DNA of 18,747 nucleotides from Perkinsela sp. CCAP 1560/9. Taxonomy: Eukaryota > Protista > Euglenozoa: Kinetoplastea. The notes under the pieces were generated by a model. The model did no database searches and had not been told where the DNA came from. It saw only the letters and a list, made by a program, of their open reading frames with translations. The stretch covers positions 1 through 18,747 of the forward strand of contig CBFFSA010000103.1 of assembly GCA_965644495.1 (NCBI GenBank), read 5' to 3'. The position numbers were made by a program, and so were the translations under genes. The stretch's first letter is position 1. Each line of letters opens with the position of its first letter. This document shows positions 1 to 9,866 of this stretch, one piece after another.

Positions 1-2193
1 TCTTCCTCTTTCTTCCTCTTTCTTCCTCTTTCTTCCTCTTTCTTCCTCTTTCTTCCTCTTTCTTCCTCTTTCTTCCTCTTTCTTCCTCTTTCTTCCTCTT
101 TCTTCCTCTTTCTTCCTCTTTCTTCCTCTTTCTTCCTCTTTCTTCCTCTTTCTTCCTCTTTCTTCCTCTTTCTTCCTCTTTCTTCCTCTTTCTTCCTCTT
201 TCTTCCTCTTTCTTCCTCTTTCTTCCTCTTTCTTCCTCTTTCTTCCTCTTTCTTCCTCTTTCTTCCTCTTTCTTCCTCTTTCTTCCTCTTTCTTCCTCTT
301 TCTTCCTCTTTCTTCCTCTTTCTTCCTCTTTCTTCCTCTTTCTTCCTCTTTCTTCCTCTTTCTTCCTCTTTCTTCCTCTTTCTTCCTCTTTCTTCCTCTT
401 TCTTCCTCTTTCTTCCTCTTTCTTCCTCTTTCTTCCTCTTTCTTCCTCTTTCTTCCTCTTTCTTCCTCTTTCTTCCTCTTTCTTCCTCTTTCTTCCTCTT
501 TCTTCCTCTTTCTTCCTCTTTCTTCCTCTTTCTTCCTCTTTCTTCCTCTTTCTTCCTCTTTCTTCCTCTTTCTTCCTCTTTCTTCCTCTTTCTTCCTCTT
601 TCTTCCTCTTTCTTCCTCTTTCTTCCTCTTTCTTCCTCTTTCTTCCTCTTTCTTCCTCTTTCTTCCTCTTTCTTCCTCTTTCTTCCTCTTTCTTCCTCTT
701 TCTTCCTCTTTCTTCCTCTTTCTTCCTCTTTCTTCCTCTTTCTTCCTCTTTCTTCCTCTTTCTTCCTCTTTCTTCCTCTTTCTTCCTCTTTCTTCCTCTT
801 TCTTCCTCTTTCTTCCTCTTTCTTCCTCTTTCTTCCTCTTTCTTCCTCTTTCTTCCTCTTTCTTCCTCTTTCTTCCTCTTTCTTCCTCTTTCTTCCTCTT
901 TCTTCCTCTTTCTTCCTCTTTCTTCCTCTTTCTTCCTCTTTCTTCCTCTTTCTTCCTCTTTCTTCCTCTTTCTTCCTCTTTCTTCCTCTTTCTTCCTCTT
1001 TCTTCCTCTTTCTTCCTCTTTCTTCCTCTTTCTTCCTCTTTCTTCCTCTTTCTTCCTCTTTCTTCCTCTTTCTTCCTCTTTCTTCCTCTTTCTTCCTCTT
1101 TCTTCCTCTTTCTTCCTCTTTCTTCCTCTTTCTTCCTCTTTCTTCCTCTTTCTTCCTCTTTCTTCCTCTTTCTTCCTCTTTCTTCCTCTTTCTTCCTCTT
1201 TCTTCCTCTTTCTTCCTCTTTCTTCCTCTTTCTTCCTCTTTCTTCCTCTTTCTTCCTCTTTCTTCCTCTTTCTTCCTCTTTCTTCCTCTTTCTTCCTCTT
1301 TCTTCCTCTTTCTTCCTCTTTCTTCCTCTTTCTTCCTCTTTCTTCCTCTTTCTTCCTCTTTCTTCCTCTTTCTTCCTCTTTCTTCCTCTTTCTTCCTCTT
1401 TCTTCCTCTTTCTTCCTCTTTCTTCCTCTTTCTTCCTCTTTCTTCCTCTTTCTTCCTCTTTCTTCCTCTTTCTTCCTCTTTCTTCCTCTTTCTTCCTCTT
1501 TCTTCCTCTTTCTTCCTCTTTCTTCCTCTTTCTTCCTCTTTCTTCCTCTTTCTTCCTCTTTCTTCCTCTTTCTTCCTCTTTCTTCCTCTTTCTTCCTCTT
1601 TCTTCCTCTTTCTTCCTCTTTCTTCCTCTTTCTTCCTCTTTCTTCCTCTTTCTTCCTCTTTCTTCCTCTTTCTTCCTCTTTCTTCCTCTTTCTTCCTCTT
1701 TCTTCCTCTTTCTTCCTCTTTCTTCCTCTTTCTTCCTCTTTCTTCCTCTTTCTTCCTCTTTCTTCCTCTTTCTTCCTCTTTCTTCCTCTTTCTTCCTCTT
1801 TCTTCCTCTTTCTTCCTCTTTCTTCCTCTTTCTTCCTCTTTCTTCCTCTTTCTTCCTCTTTCTTCCTCTTTCTTCCTCTTTCTTCCTCTTTCTTCCTCTT
1901 TCTTCCTCTTTCTTCCTCTTTCTTCCTCTTTCTTCCTCTTTCTTCCTCTTTCTTCCTCTTTCTTCCTCTTTCTTCCTCTTTCTTCCTCTTTCTTCCTCTT
2001 TCTTCCTCTTTCTTCCTCTTTCTTCCTCTTTCTTCCTCTTTCTTCCTCTTTCTTCCTCTTTCTTCCTCTTTCTTCCTCTTTCTTCCTCTTTCTTCCTCTT
2101 TCTTCCTCTTTCTTCCTCTTTCTTCCTCTTTCTTCCTCTTTCTTCCTCTTTCTTCCTCTTTCTTCCTCTTTCTTCCTCTTTCTTCCTCTTTCT
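1..2193. repeat. Perfect 10-bp tandem array (TCTTCCTCTT)n / (AAGAGGAAGA)n, about 219 copies, running off the window start
   Basis: Read directly; no variant units seen; ends at ...tctt tct|ggtctgcc. Confidence 0.98.
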
Positions 2194-2471
2194 GGTCTGC
2201 CGGGTTGTCTTTCGTTGAGAAGTAATCGGCCTTGATGCAGACGCCCCGGTCCTTCGCCCATTGCAAAGAGTTGGTTTGATATTCCTCCTGATTTTGAAAT
2301 TTTTCTGTTTAGCGCTGCTTGGCACGAAGTGTTATCTACCCATAATTGCAAGCACGTGCCCCGGGTGAAATGTCTCTCCAACTTCTGGAGGGAAAGTCTA
2401 ACGGCTGTCGCTTCTGCCCTATTTACTTCGTATTGCCAAGAGGATTTCCATTGCCCCCCCACGATGATCAC
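2194..2471 (-). pseudogene. RNase H domain remnant of a YR retrotransposon pol (paralog of the 8281-13944 element)
   Basis: Manual minus-strand translation, absent from the ORF track: VIIVGGQWKSSWQYEVNRAEATAVRLSLQKLERHFTRGTCLQLWVDNTSCQAALNRKISKSGGISNQL, frameshift, then LQWAKDRGVCIKADYFSTKDNPAD. It aligns to YEVNRAEAAAVRLALEK...RGTCLDVFVDNTSCQAALNRRISKS...STDENPAD of the pol ending at 12743. Confidence 0.93.
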
Positions 2472-2602
2472 TGAGACTTTAAGGATAATAATTCACCGAA
2501 GTGGAAAATATAGAATGTCAGTGACTAATTGTATTATAAAATGATACTTTTCGTCGTATAGCAATTTCTCTTGTTTTCCTACTGTAATACTACATTTTTT
2601 GG

Positions 2603-3913
2603 ATGGTATCTACACGGGCGCGCTCACGCGAGGAAGAAGCTCCAGTGGTTTTTCAAACTCCAGGTCGGGACGACCCTGTAGAAAGTGTGGACTCGTCGGA
2701 ATGCACCAGTGATATACACACCAGAGTAAGTCGTCTTGACCAATCGCTAGAAAATTTAACATCGCGAATGGCGATTGTTCAAGAAGATGTGCGCCGAACC
2801 ATCCGACAAGATGTACAGGAAGTGTTGAGAAAAAAGTTACAAGGGATAGTGCGCGACGAAATGAAGGCTTTTCAGTCTCGTTCCTCGTCGGCGGAACCTC
2901 CCTCTACACAAGCAGTGCCACATTCAACTTTTCCCTTCTCAGTTCGGAAAGATCGCCAAGACATGACAAATACTTTTCGTTGTTGCGTGGACAGTGCTAC
3001 CAATGCGTTGTACGCAAGCTTACCTGTCATCAAGCCAGAAAATCTTTCTTCTAAGGTGCAGGAGATCTTGGACAAGATTGCACGATATGACTTGGAGGTA
3101 GAAGTAACTTGGTTTGCGGCCACAAGTTCTCCAAGCGAAGCAACAACATGGCGCGGTATTCCGATAGAAGAAGGTGAATTTGAAGAGCAGAAAACTGTCG
3201 TTATTAGCTATAATGTGGGAAACTACCACCTTCCTAATCCCAAACTCAATTATACGAGAATCGAGATTGTGAAAGCGGAACCAGCTATGCCGGATCGATT
3301 GGAACCTTGTGAAACAAATGGTGATGAAACAATTCCAGAAGCCGACGAATTTAAAGTACGCGATGTCCGAACGTGGAACAAATACATTGCGACGGATAGC
3401 GAGTTCGGGGTTGATTTTCTTCTTTTGCGTATTCGAACCGCCCTGGAACTTCCAAATCCTTTACCGCCAAATTTGCAACCAATGTGGGATGTAATGCAGC
3501 ATTGGGTAGACGACGATAAAGCAAGAGGTGGAATTGACCCGGAGAATGTGGCACAAGTTCAAACAGGGCAAAGAGCGTTGGACGATCTTCGCATGCAGCA
3601 GGGTGTTTATCGCGGAGCCGATCCACGATACCTTCGAATGATCTACGAGGTGAACAAAGACCCGGCGGATGTGATCGGGAATGGCATAGAACACAGTGTC
3701 AACTACCAGCGAAAAGTATCTGCGCGACGTGGGGGATACGGTCGTGCCACTTATCCTAGTGCAAATTTCGGAAGAGGACGTTGTATGACTCGAGGTCGTG
3801 CGTTCAGGCCATGTGAACCTTATCGCCCAAATTACACCTCGGACAATAACAGAAAGACCCAGTACTCACCCACATCGGATTTCTCCGCGGGGGGCGCTGG
3901 CCGCCGAATGTGA
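2603..3913 (+). CDS. Gag-like protein of YR element 1 (436 aa)
   Basis: Blocks shared with the 8446-9849 gag: YHLPNPKLNYTRIEI vs YRFPHPEINYHSLEL; FKVRDVRTWNKYIATD vs FSPYDPVTWQPWIDTD; C-terminal DFSAGG vs DFRGG. Predicted coiled-coil N-terminus, RG-rich C-terminus, no CCHC knuckle. Confidence 0.82.
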   Translation: MVSTRARSREEEAPVVFQTPGRDDPVESVDSSECTSDIHTRVSRLDQSLENLTSRMAIVQEDVRRTIRQDVQEVLRKKLQGIVRDEMKAFQSRSSSAEPPSTQAVPHSTFPFSVRKDRQDMTNTFRCCVDSATNALYASLPVIKPENLSSKVQEILDKIARYDLEVEVTWFAATSSPSEATTWRGIPIEEGEFEEQKTVVISYNVGNYHLPNPKLNYTRIEIVKAEPAMPDRLEPCETNGDETIPEADEFKVRDVRTWNKYIATDSEFGVDFLLLRIRTALELPNPLPPNLQPMWDVMQHWVDDDKARGGIDPENVAQVQTGQRALDDLRMQQGVYRGADPRYLRMIYEVNKDPADVIGNGIEHSVNYQRKVSARRGGYGRATYPSANFGRGRCMTRGRAFRPCEPYRPNYTSDNNRKTQYSPTSDFSAGGAGRRM

Positions 3914-4494
3914 CTCCCAGTAGTCCACCCCCTCCAAAGCCAGTTAAAAACAAAACATATAAAAGTTCAAAATCAGTCTCTATACAAACTTCCTTTGCCA
4001 GTGAAAATAGCATTATTATGCCAGAAAAGCAGAATTCAAAGTCAGCAACAGATACTAAAAGCAAAAATTTCAGTACAAAATTGCAAGTCAGTAAAAATAA
4101 AAACAAAAATTTCACTTCAAACTCGGAAACAATACAAAAGCAAGTCAAAGACGAACACCATAGCGAAAAATGCCGGAAACCTCGCTCCAAAGCAGAAGAC
4201 CAGGAAGCCAAACGTTCGCCCCAAGACCACAAACGTGAACAATACAGTGTGGAAGAGATCTCCAGTCACGAAGAACGCCATATCACAGGTCACCCAAAGA
4301 TGCGGTGGTACGATCAGCGAAACAAATATGCGAACGTCTGGAATCCAAACAGCCTCGTCCGACTTTATCCTCAACAACGTATTGCAAGTCACGAATCCGG
4401 AAATCAGAAAGGCAATACGCGGAATATGGGCCACCTCAACATGGAATACGAGGGCACGCCTGATTTTGGACATGTGGCGCCGCAGATTATATAG
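3850..4494 (+). pseudogene. Truncated -1-frame (pol N-terminal) ORF of element 1, overlapping the YR frame
   Basis: Corresponds to track ORF 3910-4494; open from 3850. It is -1 relative to gag, the same arrangement as pol in element 2. Confidence 0.6.
3914..4494 (+). pseudogene. N-terminal fragment of the tyrosine recombinase ORF of element 1 (same frame as gag, after its TGA)
   Basis: KAIRGIWATSTWNTRARL matches EALQPMWATATWATRERL of the 9853-11037 YR. The frame is open from the gag stop to the 18-bp array. Confidence 0.75.
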
Positions 4495-5260
4495 TTTGTA
4501 TTAAGACCACTTTTTGTATTAAGACCACTTTTTGTATTAAGACCACTTTTTGTATTAAGACCACTTTTTGTATTAAGACCACATTTTGTATTAAGACCAC
4601 TTTTTGTATTAAGACCACTTTTTGTATTAAGACCACTTTTTGTATTAAGACCACTTTTTGTATTAAGACCACTTTTTGTATTAAGACCACTTTTCGTATT
4701 AAGACCACTTTTTGTATTAAGACCACTTTTTGTATTAAGACCACTTTTTGTATTAAGACCACTTTTTGTATTAAGACCACTTTTTGTATTAAGACCACTT
4801 TTTGTATTAAGACCACTTTTTGTATTAAGACCACATTTTGTATTAAGACCACTTTTTGTATTAAGACCACTTTTTGTATTAAGACCACTTTTTGTATTAA
4901 GACCACTTTTTGTATTAAGACCACTTTTTGTATTAAGACCACTTTTCGTATTAAGACCACTTTTTGTATTAAGACCACTTTTTGTATTAAGACCACTTTT
5001 TGTATTAAGACCACATTTTGTATTAAGACCACTTTTTGTATTAAGACCACTTTTTGTATTAAGACCACTTTTTGTATTAAGACCACTTTTTGTATTAAGA
5101 CCACATTTTGTATTAAGACCACTTTTCGTATTAAGACCACTTTTTGTATTAAGACCACTTTTTGTATTAAGACCACTTTTTGTATTAAGACCACTTTTTG
5201 TATTAAGACCACTTTTTGTATTAAGACCACTTTTTGTATTAAGACCACTTTTTGCATTAA
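4495..5260. repeat. Minisatellite: 42 full copies of TTTGTATTAAGACCACTT plus a degenerate partial copy
   Basis: Read directly; head-to-tail with no spacers; two single-base variant types. Confidence 0.97.
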
Positions 5261-5550
5261 TACGTTGGTACAAAATGGCGGAGGCCTCCGGACCGTTCGA
5301 AAGTGTGTTGGAAGTCTGTGGCAAACTTCGGACGGCCAGGTGTGGTCGGGGCAACCTTTTTCTGCCTCCACAGCAGAGGGGGGTTGGGACAAAACTCCGG
5401 CAGCGGGCCCTTTTACAGATGTCAAAGGTTTTGGCTGTGGGAAAACGCGTGGCTGTTGTTTGGTGTATGGCTTATAACGAACGTATTACACTCTGGGAAG
5501 GGGTGGTTCACTCATCGCTTGATGGGTCTGGTTGGCTCGTCAAGTAAGAC

Positions 5551-8280
5551 TTGATGAATGGGCGCCTTCTCCCGTTTCCTCCGAGAGATGATTGTATCCA
5601 TGTGCTAGGCGGCAGAGTTGGACTGCTTCCAAAATCTTTGCGCAAACGTAATCGGAAACGCAAATCCTGCTTTCGGCGTGGCTACCGAGAGCAGAGACCC
5701 AAGATCAAAGCTATGAGAGAGGGGTTTGCAGTAAGCACCATGAATGTAGATACTTTAAAGTGTAAAACCACAGACGAGTTTGCTCTACGTAAATGTTTCC
5801 GTTTGCATCAAGCTGTAGAGTTCATGCGAAGTTACGGCGTAACAATAATGGCCTTGCAGGAAACGCGACTATCGTTCAAGAGCGAGGAACCGATCATTCA
5901 TCGTAGGCTCTATCTGGCTGGCATTAGTGTTAATATATATATTATGAGTGCAATAAAGGGCTATAACGGAATGGCAATGCTGAGTCTGCAACCCATGGGT
6001 GTTGAAAAGATCAATGATCGCATTATGAAAGGAACAATGCATATTGGAAAGATGAAGGCGTGTATATTTAATGTTTACTCCCCGACGGCTGGTGCAAAGA
6101 AAGAGAAGCAAGAATCGTTTGATGAGGAGCTATTTGATGCTTGGCATCATTCACAATGTTCGCTAAAGATAATATGCGGAGACATGAACGCACCTTTGCA
6201 AGATCCAAATGTCAGAAAATGTTGTTCGGAAAGAGCGCAAGAATTTCGCAAATTTTTGGTAACCCTTGGATCTAAATCGGCTCATCAATGTTGCAGCGCA
6301 GAAAGAAAGTGGACTTATAGGTTTCCACCTACGCCGAAACACCCTGATGGTCTAACAAAACAGCTTGATCATATCATAATAAATTCCCGTTTCAGCTCAG
6401 CATTTCGGTATCAGAAGGTGCTTTTGGCTCCCATACCTACGAGACACTGTGCAGTAATAGCAGGATTAAATATAAAATGGAGAGTGGCATGCAAACCTGG
6501 TAAGTTACAACCGTTTTGGGGATCTTTGAGAAACGAAACCATATGTGATACATTCGTGAAAAATGTGGAGGAGTCAATTCAGGGGGGAAATAAACGGTCA
6601 CGAGAAGGGTCAATTGGCCCCGCTTTATGGGATAAGCTATCGTCCGCAGTCAACTCCGCCGCAGAGAAATTACCCAGGAAAATTGCCAATATTGGAAAAG
6701 CTCCTGACTCGGAAACTGACTCGCATTCCCTTGATATGAAAACTATTGTGCAAATTGCTCGAAATCGAAGGACTTTCGATACCTTTGCTCGAGAACACGG
6801 AAAAATGATTGAAGAATGCGTGAAAGAAGAATGTGAAGTGATCCAAGAAAAGCTATATAAATGTCCAAAAAGCGCGTATCAAGCAATTCGCTATGTTGTA
6901 GGGGAAAATCGAAAAGTATTCTCCATGTTTGGTGAAAATGTTCGAGACAGTATGTGCAGAGTGAGAGGACATTTTCAGGCGATAGGTAACCAATTAAATC
7001 AAATTTCCGAACCGGTAAACTTCCCTAACTGTAATAAAAGCTTAATTGGTATTGAGGATACGGAATTTACCCTAAAGGAGCTCAGAATTTCTCTGCAAAA
7101 AGTCAAATCTGGAAAAGCTTCAGGCTCCGACAACATTCCTATTGAGGCTCTCTCTACATTGGCTCGGAGCGAAGAAGCACTTGGCATGCTCTTGAACATA
7201 ATAAATGAAGTAATGTGTACCGGTGCCGCGGCGGAGAAATGGAAGATGATTCTGCAAGTGCCACTTCCAAAGAAAGGGAATCTCAATGATCTTACAAATT
7301 GGAGACCGATATGCATTGTAAACCATGTGGTAAAGGTAATGAACCGGATGGTACTAGAGCGTATACAACCAGCCGTTGAGAATATGCTTCGCTCAAATCA
7401 GTTTGGATTTCGCCCGCACCGATCCACTGCCGGCGCACAGGAAACTTTCGTGGAAATAGCTACTAAAGCTTCGAGGGGAGAAGGTGTTGCGGTGGCGTTT
7501 GTTGACTTTAAGCAGGCATTTCCTTCCGTTACTTTCTCTGCAATACGAGATGCGCTGAGAGCATTCCACATACCGGAATATATTACTAAAGTTATTATGA
7601 GCATGTATGAAGGCCTGAAATCTTATGTGAGGACGCCTCATGGTGACACCGAATCGTTTTCTATTGAAAATGGTACTCTACAAGGGGATGTGCTTGCGCC
7701 ATATCTCTTTATTATGGTCCTCGACAGGATTATGGCAGAGGCCATTGACGCGAAGGGGTTGGGTGTCATTGCTTATTCCACCGGGACGAAGAGTCGCGGC
7801 GAAAAGCACCTCCGAATTTCTGATGTGGCATATGCAGATGACGTAGTTCTCTTCGCTTCTTCTAGGTCTGAACTCTCCGAAATGCTAGAAAACCTGTGCA
7901 AGTATGCAAAGAGGGCAAACCTTCAGGTAAATCTGGGCAAAAACAAGACCGCATGGATGGTTCTAGGAAAAATTGATATGAAAACTCCCCTTCTAGTCCC
8001 AAGTGTTGGAGAAATCCCCCGAGTATACAAATATAAATATCTTGGAAGTACACAAGAGAATGAAAATCGTCATGTAGCCCCACAAGAACGCATTCTTCTA
8101 GGATGGGCCACAATGCATAAACTTCATGCGATATGGAACTCACCCATTCAAGTCGCAAGTCGGTTAAAAATTATAAATATTAATTACAACTGCGGCACGT
8201 GGAATATTTCATCGAATCAAATGAGCGAATTGGACGTACAAGTCAGCAAAATGCGAAGATGGGTATGCGGAGTAGGGAAA
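5551..8280 (+). CDS. LINE polyprotein, 5' part: apurinic endonuclease plus reverse transcriptase (true start uncertain, e.g. ATG 5554 or 5713)
   Basis: APE motifs TMNVDTL, ALQETR, NVYSPT, GDMNA, LDHII, TRHCAV. RT motifs PKKG, WRPI, QFGFR, FVDFKQAF, GTLQGDVLAPYLF, YADD, YKYLG. The TAA at 8281 belongs to the inserted element. Confidence 0.95.
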
Positions 8281-8444
8281 TAATAGTTCACGTTTTGAAA
8301 TTTAGCCGAGGGGCGGCTATATATTTGCCTGCTGGCCCTTCGGGGCACATAATTTTCTCAAATTATGATGTAGTATTCTTTAACGATAAAGATACAGTTT
8401 CTGTACCTTGTTGGTTGTTATTTTGTTACGTTTAAAGTTTTGTG
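8281..8444 (+). repeat. Terminal repeat A1
   Basis: 8281-8379 is identical to 13526-13624 (99 bp); 8414-8444 is identical to 13673-13703 (31 bp); the middle segments differ. Confidence 0.95.
8381..8413 (+). other. Spliced-leader (mini-exon)-like sequence TAACGATAAAGATACAGTTTCTGTACCTTGTTG
   Basis: Contains the conserved kinetoplastid/diplonemid SL core CAGTTTCTGTAC, a TAACG 5' part and a TTG 3' end at the expected spacing. No SL-RNA intron or Sm site recognised downstream. Confidence 0.85.
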
Positions 8445-8445
8445 T

Positions 8446-9849
8446 ATGAGATCCCAACGTTTACGGGCTCCGTCGGAGCCACGCCAGGAGCGCGATAGAT
8501 CACCGAAGCGGAATAGGGCGCCGACACCCATTCAGACCTCCTCCGTCCAAGACCATTCTAAGCGTCAGTCCCTTTCGTGCCCTCCCGTGCGCCCCCCTCT
8601 CCCCCCTCTCCCCACGCAGCCGGCTCCGCAGGTATCCGCGCGACCTCCTCCGATTCCCCCTACTCCTGTCCCAGCGCGCCGAAAGGTACGCCCTTCAGGA
8701 AGAGCACTCAGCCCCGCCCGCGAACCGCCTAGCCCTCTCCCTTCCAACCTTCCCAGTTTGCCTGCGAGCTCCCTCCCTAGCCCGTACCCTTTTCCGCTGG
8801 AGGCTCCCGAGCCCCATATGCGACGAAGAGGAACCCTTAACCCCGACCAGGTTGAGGCTTCTCGCTCGCCGCGCCGTTACGAGGCCCTTGACATTGACCA
8901 CGTCGAGTTGCCTCAGCGTTCACGCTGTGATGCGCGTGGGATCATGACACAATCCAGCAAAGAAGAGTTCATCACGAAAGTGATTGAGCTTCTGCGCAAG
9001 GACTACGAGGTCACCGTCGAGGCTGTATGGTCCCTTCCCCGTGACGGCCTACGGCAGACGGTTATAGGGTTGGTGCATATGACGCATCCTAAGGACCCTA
9101 ACTCAACTGAGTTGTTCGCCGAGTGGGATGGGGACAAGAACACTGCCTATCGTTTTCCCCATCCCGAGATCAACTACCACTCTTTGGAACTGGCCCATGT
9201 TCGGGCGCAGATGCCGGGTGGGAAACCAGTTGAAGATCTGATCCCCACGTTTGAACGCGTCCGTATTACGGACCCGAAAGGCTTCTCCCCCTACGATCCG
9301 GTTACTTGGCAACCGTGGATCGACACGGATGATTTGTTCAAGCCACGTGAACTCATCCGTGAGCTGCGCGAAGCTCCGCAGCTTGGGGTACGCTTCAACC
9401 CTCCGCCGCAGCGTGAGCGCCTGTTCAAGATGTTAACTGAATGGGTGTACGCTGCGTGCAATACGGAGGGATGGCTAGAGAAGCACAACCTCGCCGTAGC
9501 CCTTCTCATCATCGAAGAGCTTCGCAACCATTATTGGGCTGCGGCGGGCGTTGCTGTCGAGCGTGTGCAACAGCGGTTGCACCGTGACGACGACCCTCAG
9601 GACCGCTACGGTCAGCTTGTGGTTGACGAGCAACTGAGGGGCCGGACTGCGCAGCGTGCTCCTCGTCGACGCAGCCAAGGACCTTTCTGTTTTGGCTGTC
9701 ATCAGCCAGGCCACCTCCGATCGAACTGCCCCCAAGCGTCCCAACAGCAGGGGGGGCAGTTCCGTACCACACGCACCCCGCAACAGGATTTTCGCGGCGG
9801 GGTGGTGGGCGGCGCCAACCGTTACGGCGCAACACGGGCTTTCCACTAG
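8446..9849 (+). CDS. Gag-like protein with Pro-rich N-terminus and CCHC zinc knuckle
   Basis: ATG at 8446; CFGCHQPGHLRSNC fits CX2CX4HX4C; first ORF of the element. Confidence 0.9.
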   Translation: MRSQRLRAPSEPRQERDRSPKRNRAPTPIQTSSVQDHSKRQSLSCPPVRPPLPPLPTQPAPQVSARPPPIPPTPVPARRKVRPSGRALSPAREPPSPLPSNLPSLPASSLPSPYPFPLEAPEPHMRRRGTLNPDQVEASRSPRRYEALDIDHVELPQRSRCDARGIMTQSSKEEFITKVIELLRKDYEVTVEAVWSLPRDGLRQTVIGLVHMTHPKDPNSTELFAEWDGDKNTAYRFPHPEINYHSLELAHVRAQMPGGKPVEDLIPTFERVRITDPKGFSPYDPVTWQPWIDTDDLFKPRELIRELREAPQLGVRFNPPPQRERLFKMLTEWVYAACNTEGWLEKHNLAVALLIIEELRNHYWAAAGVAVERVQQRLHRDDDPQDRYGQLVVDEQLRGRTAQRAPRRRSQGPFCFGCHQPGHLRSNCPQASQQQGGQFRTTRTPQQDFRGGVVGGANRYGATRAFH

Positions 9850-9866
9850 GAAATGCCCCCCACCCC
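9786..9866 (+). promoter_or_regulatory. Putative -1 ribosomal frameshift signal: G_GAT_TTT, 6-nt spacer, stem-loop
   Basis: The slippery heptamer is in the gag frame. GGGGTGGTGGGC (9799-9810) pairs 11/12 with GCCCCCCACCCC (9855-9866). The -1 frame is open into RT. Confidence 0.7.

Larger units (their letters stand above)
2472..4494 (+). mobile_element. 3'-truncated YR retrotransposon (element 1), divergent relative of the 8281-13944 element
   Basis: gag and YR N-terminus are homologous to element 2. Left end is inferred from where the RNase H remnant stops; right end is cut at the 18-bp array. Confidence 0.8.

Noticed and set aside
1-2193. Minus-strand open frame encoding (KEEERGRKRK)n, and a perfect H-DNA mirror repeat
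   Set aside because: A purine-only strand cannot contain stop codons, so openness is uninformative; the unit is not mirror-symmetric.
4495-5260. CRISPR array
   Set aside because: Head-to-tail repeats with no spacers, no cas genes, eukaryotic context.
4404-5425. Minus-strand ORFs (NTKSGL)n and (QKVVLI)n
   Set aside because: By-products of an 18-bp repeat that lacks stops in two frames; no coding evidence.
8381-8520. Functional SL RNA gene
   Set aside because: Sequence after TTG|GT is the element's own repeat and gag; the SL 5' end is incomplete and no intron or Sm site or T-run terminator was recognised.
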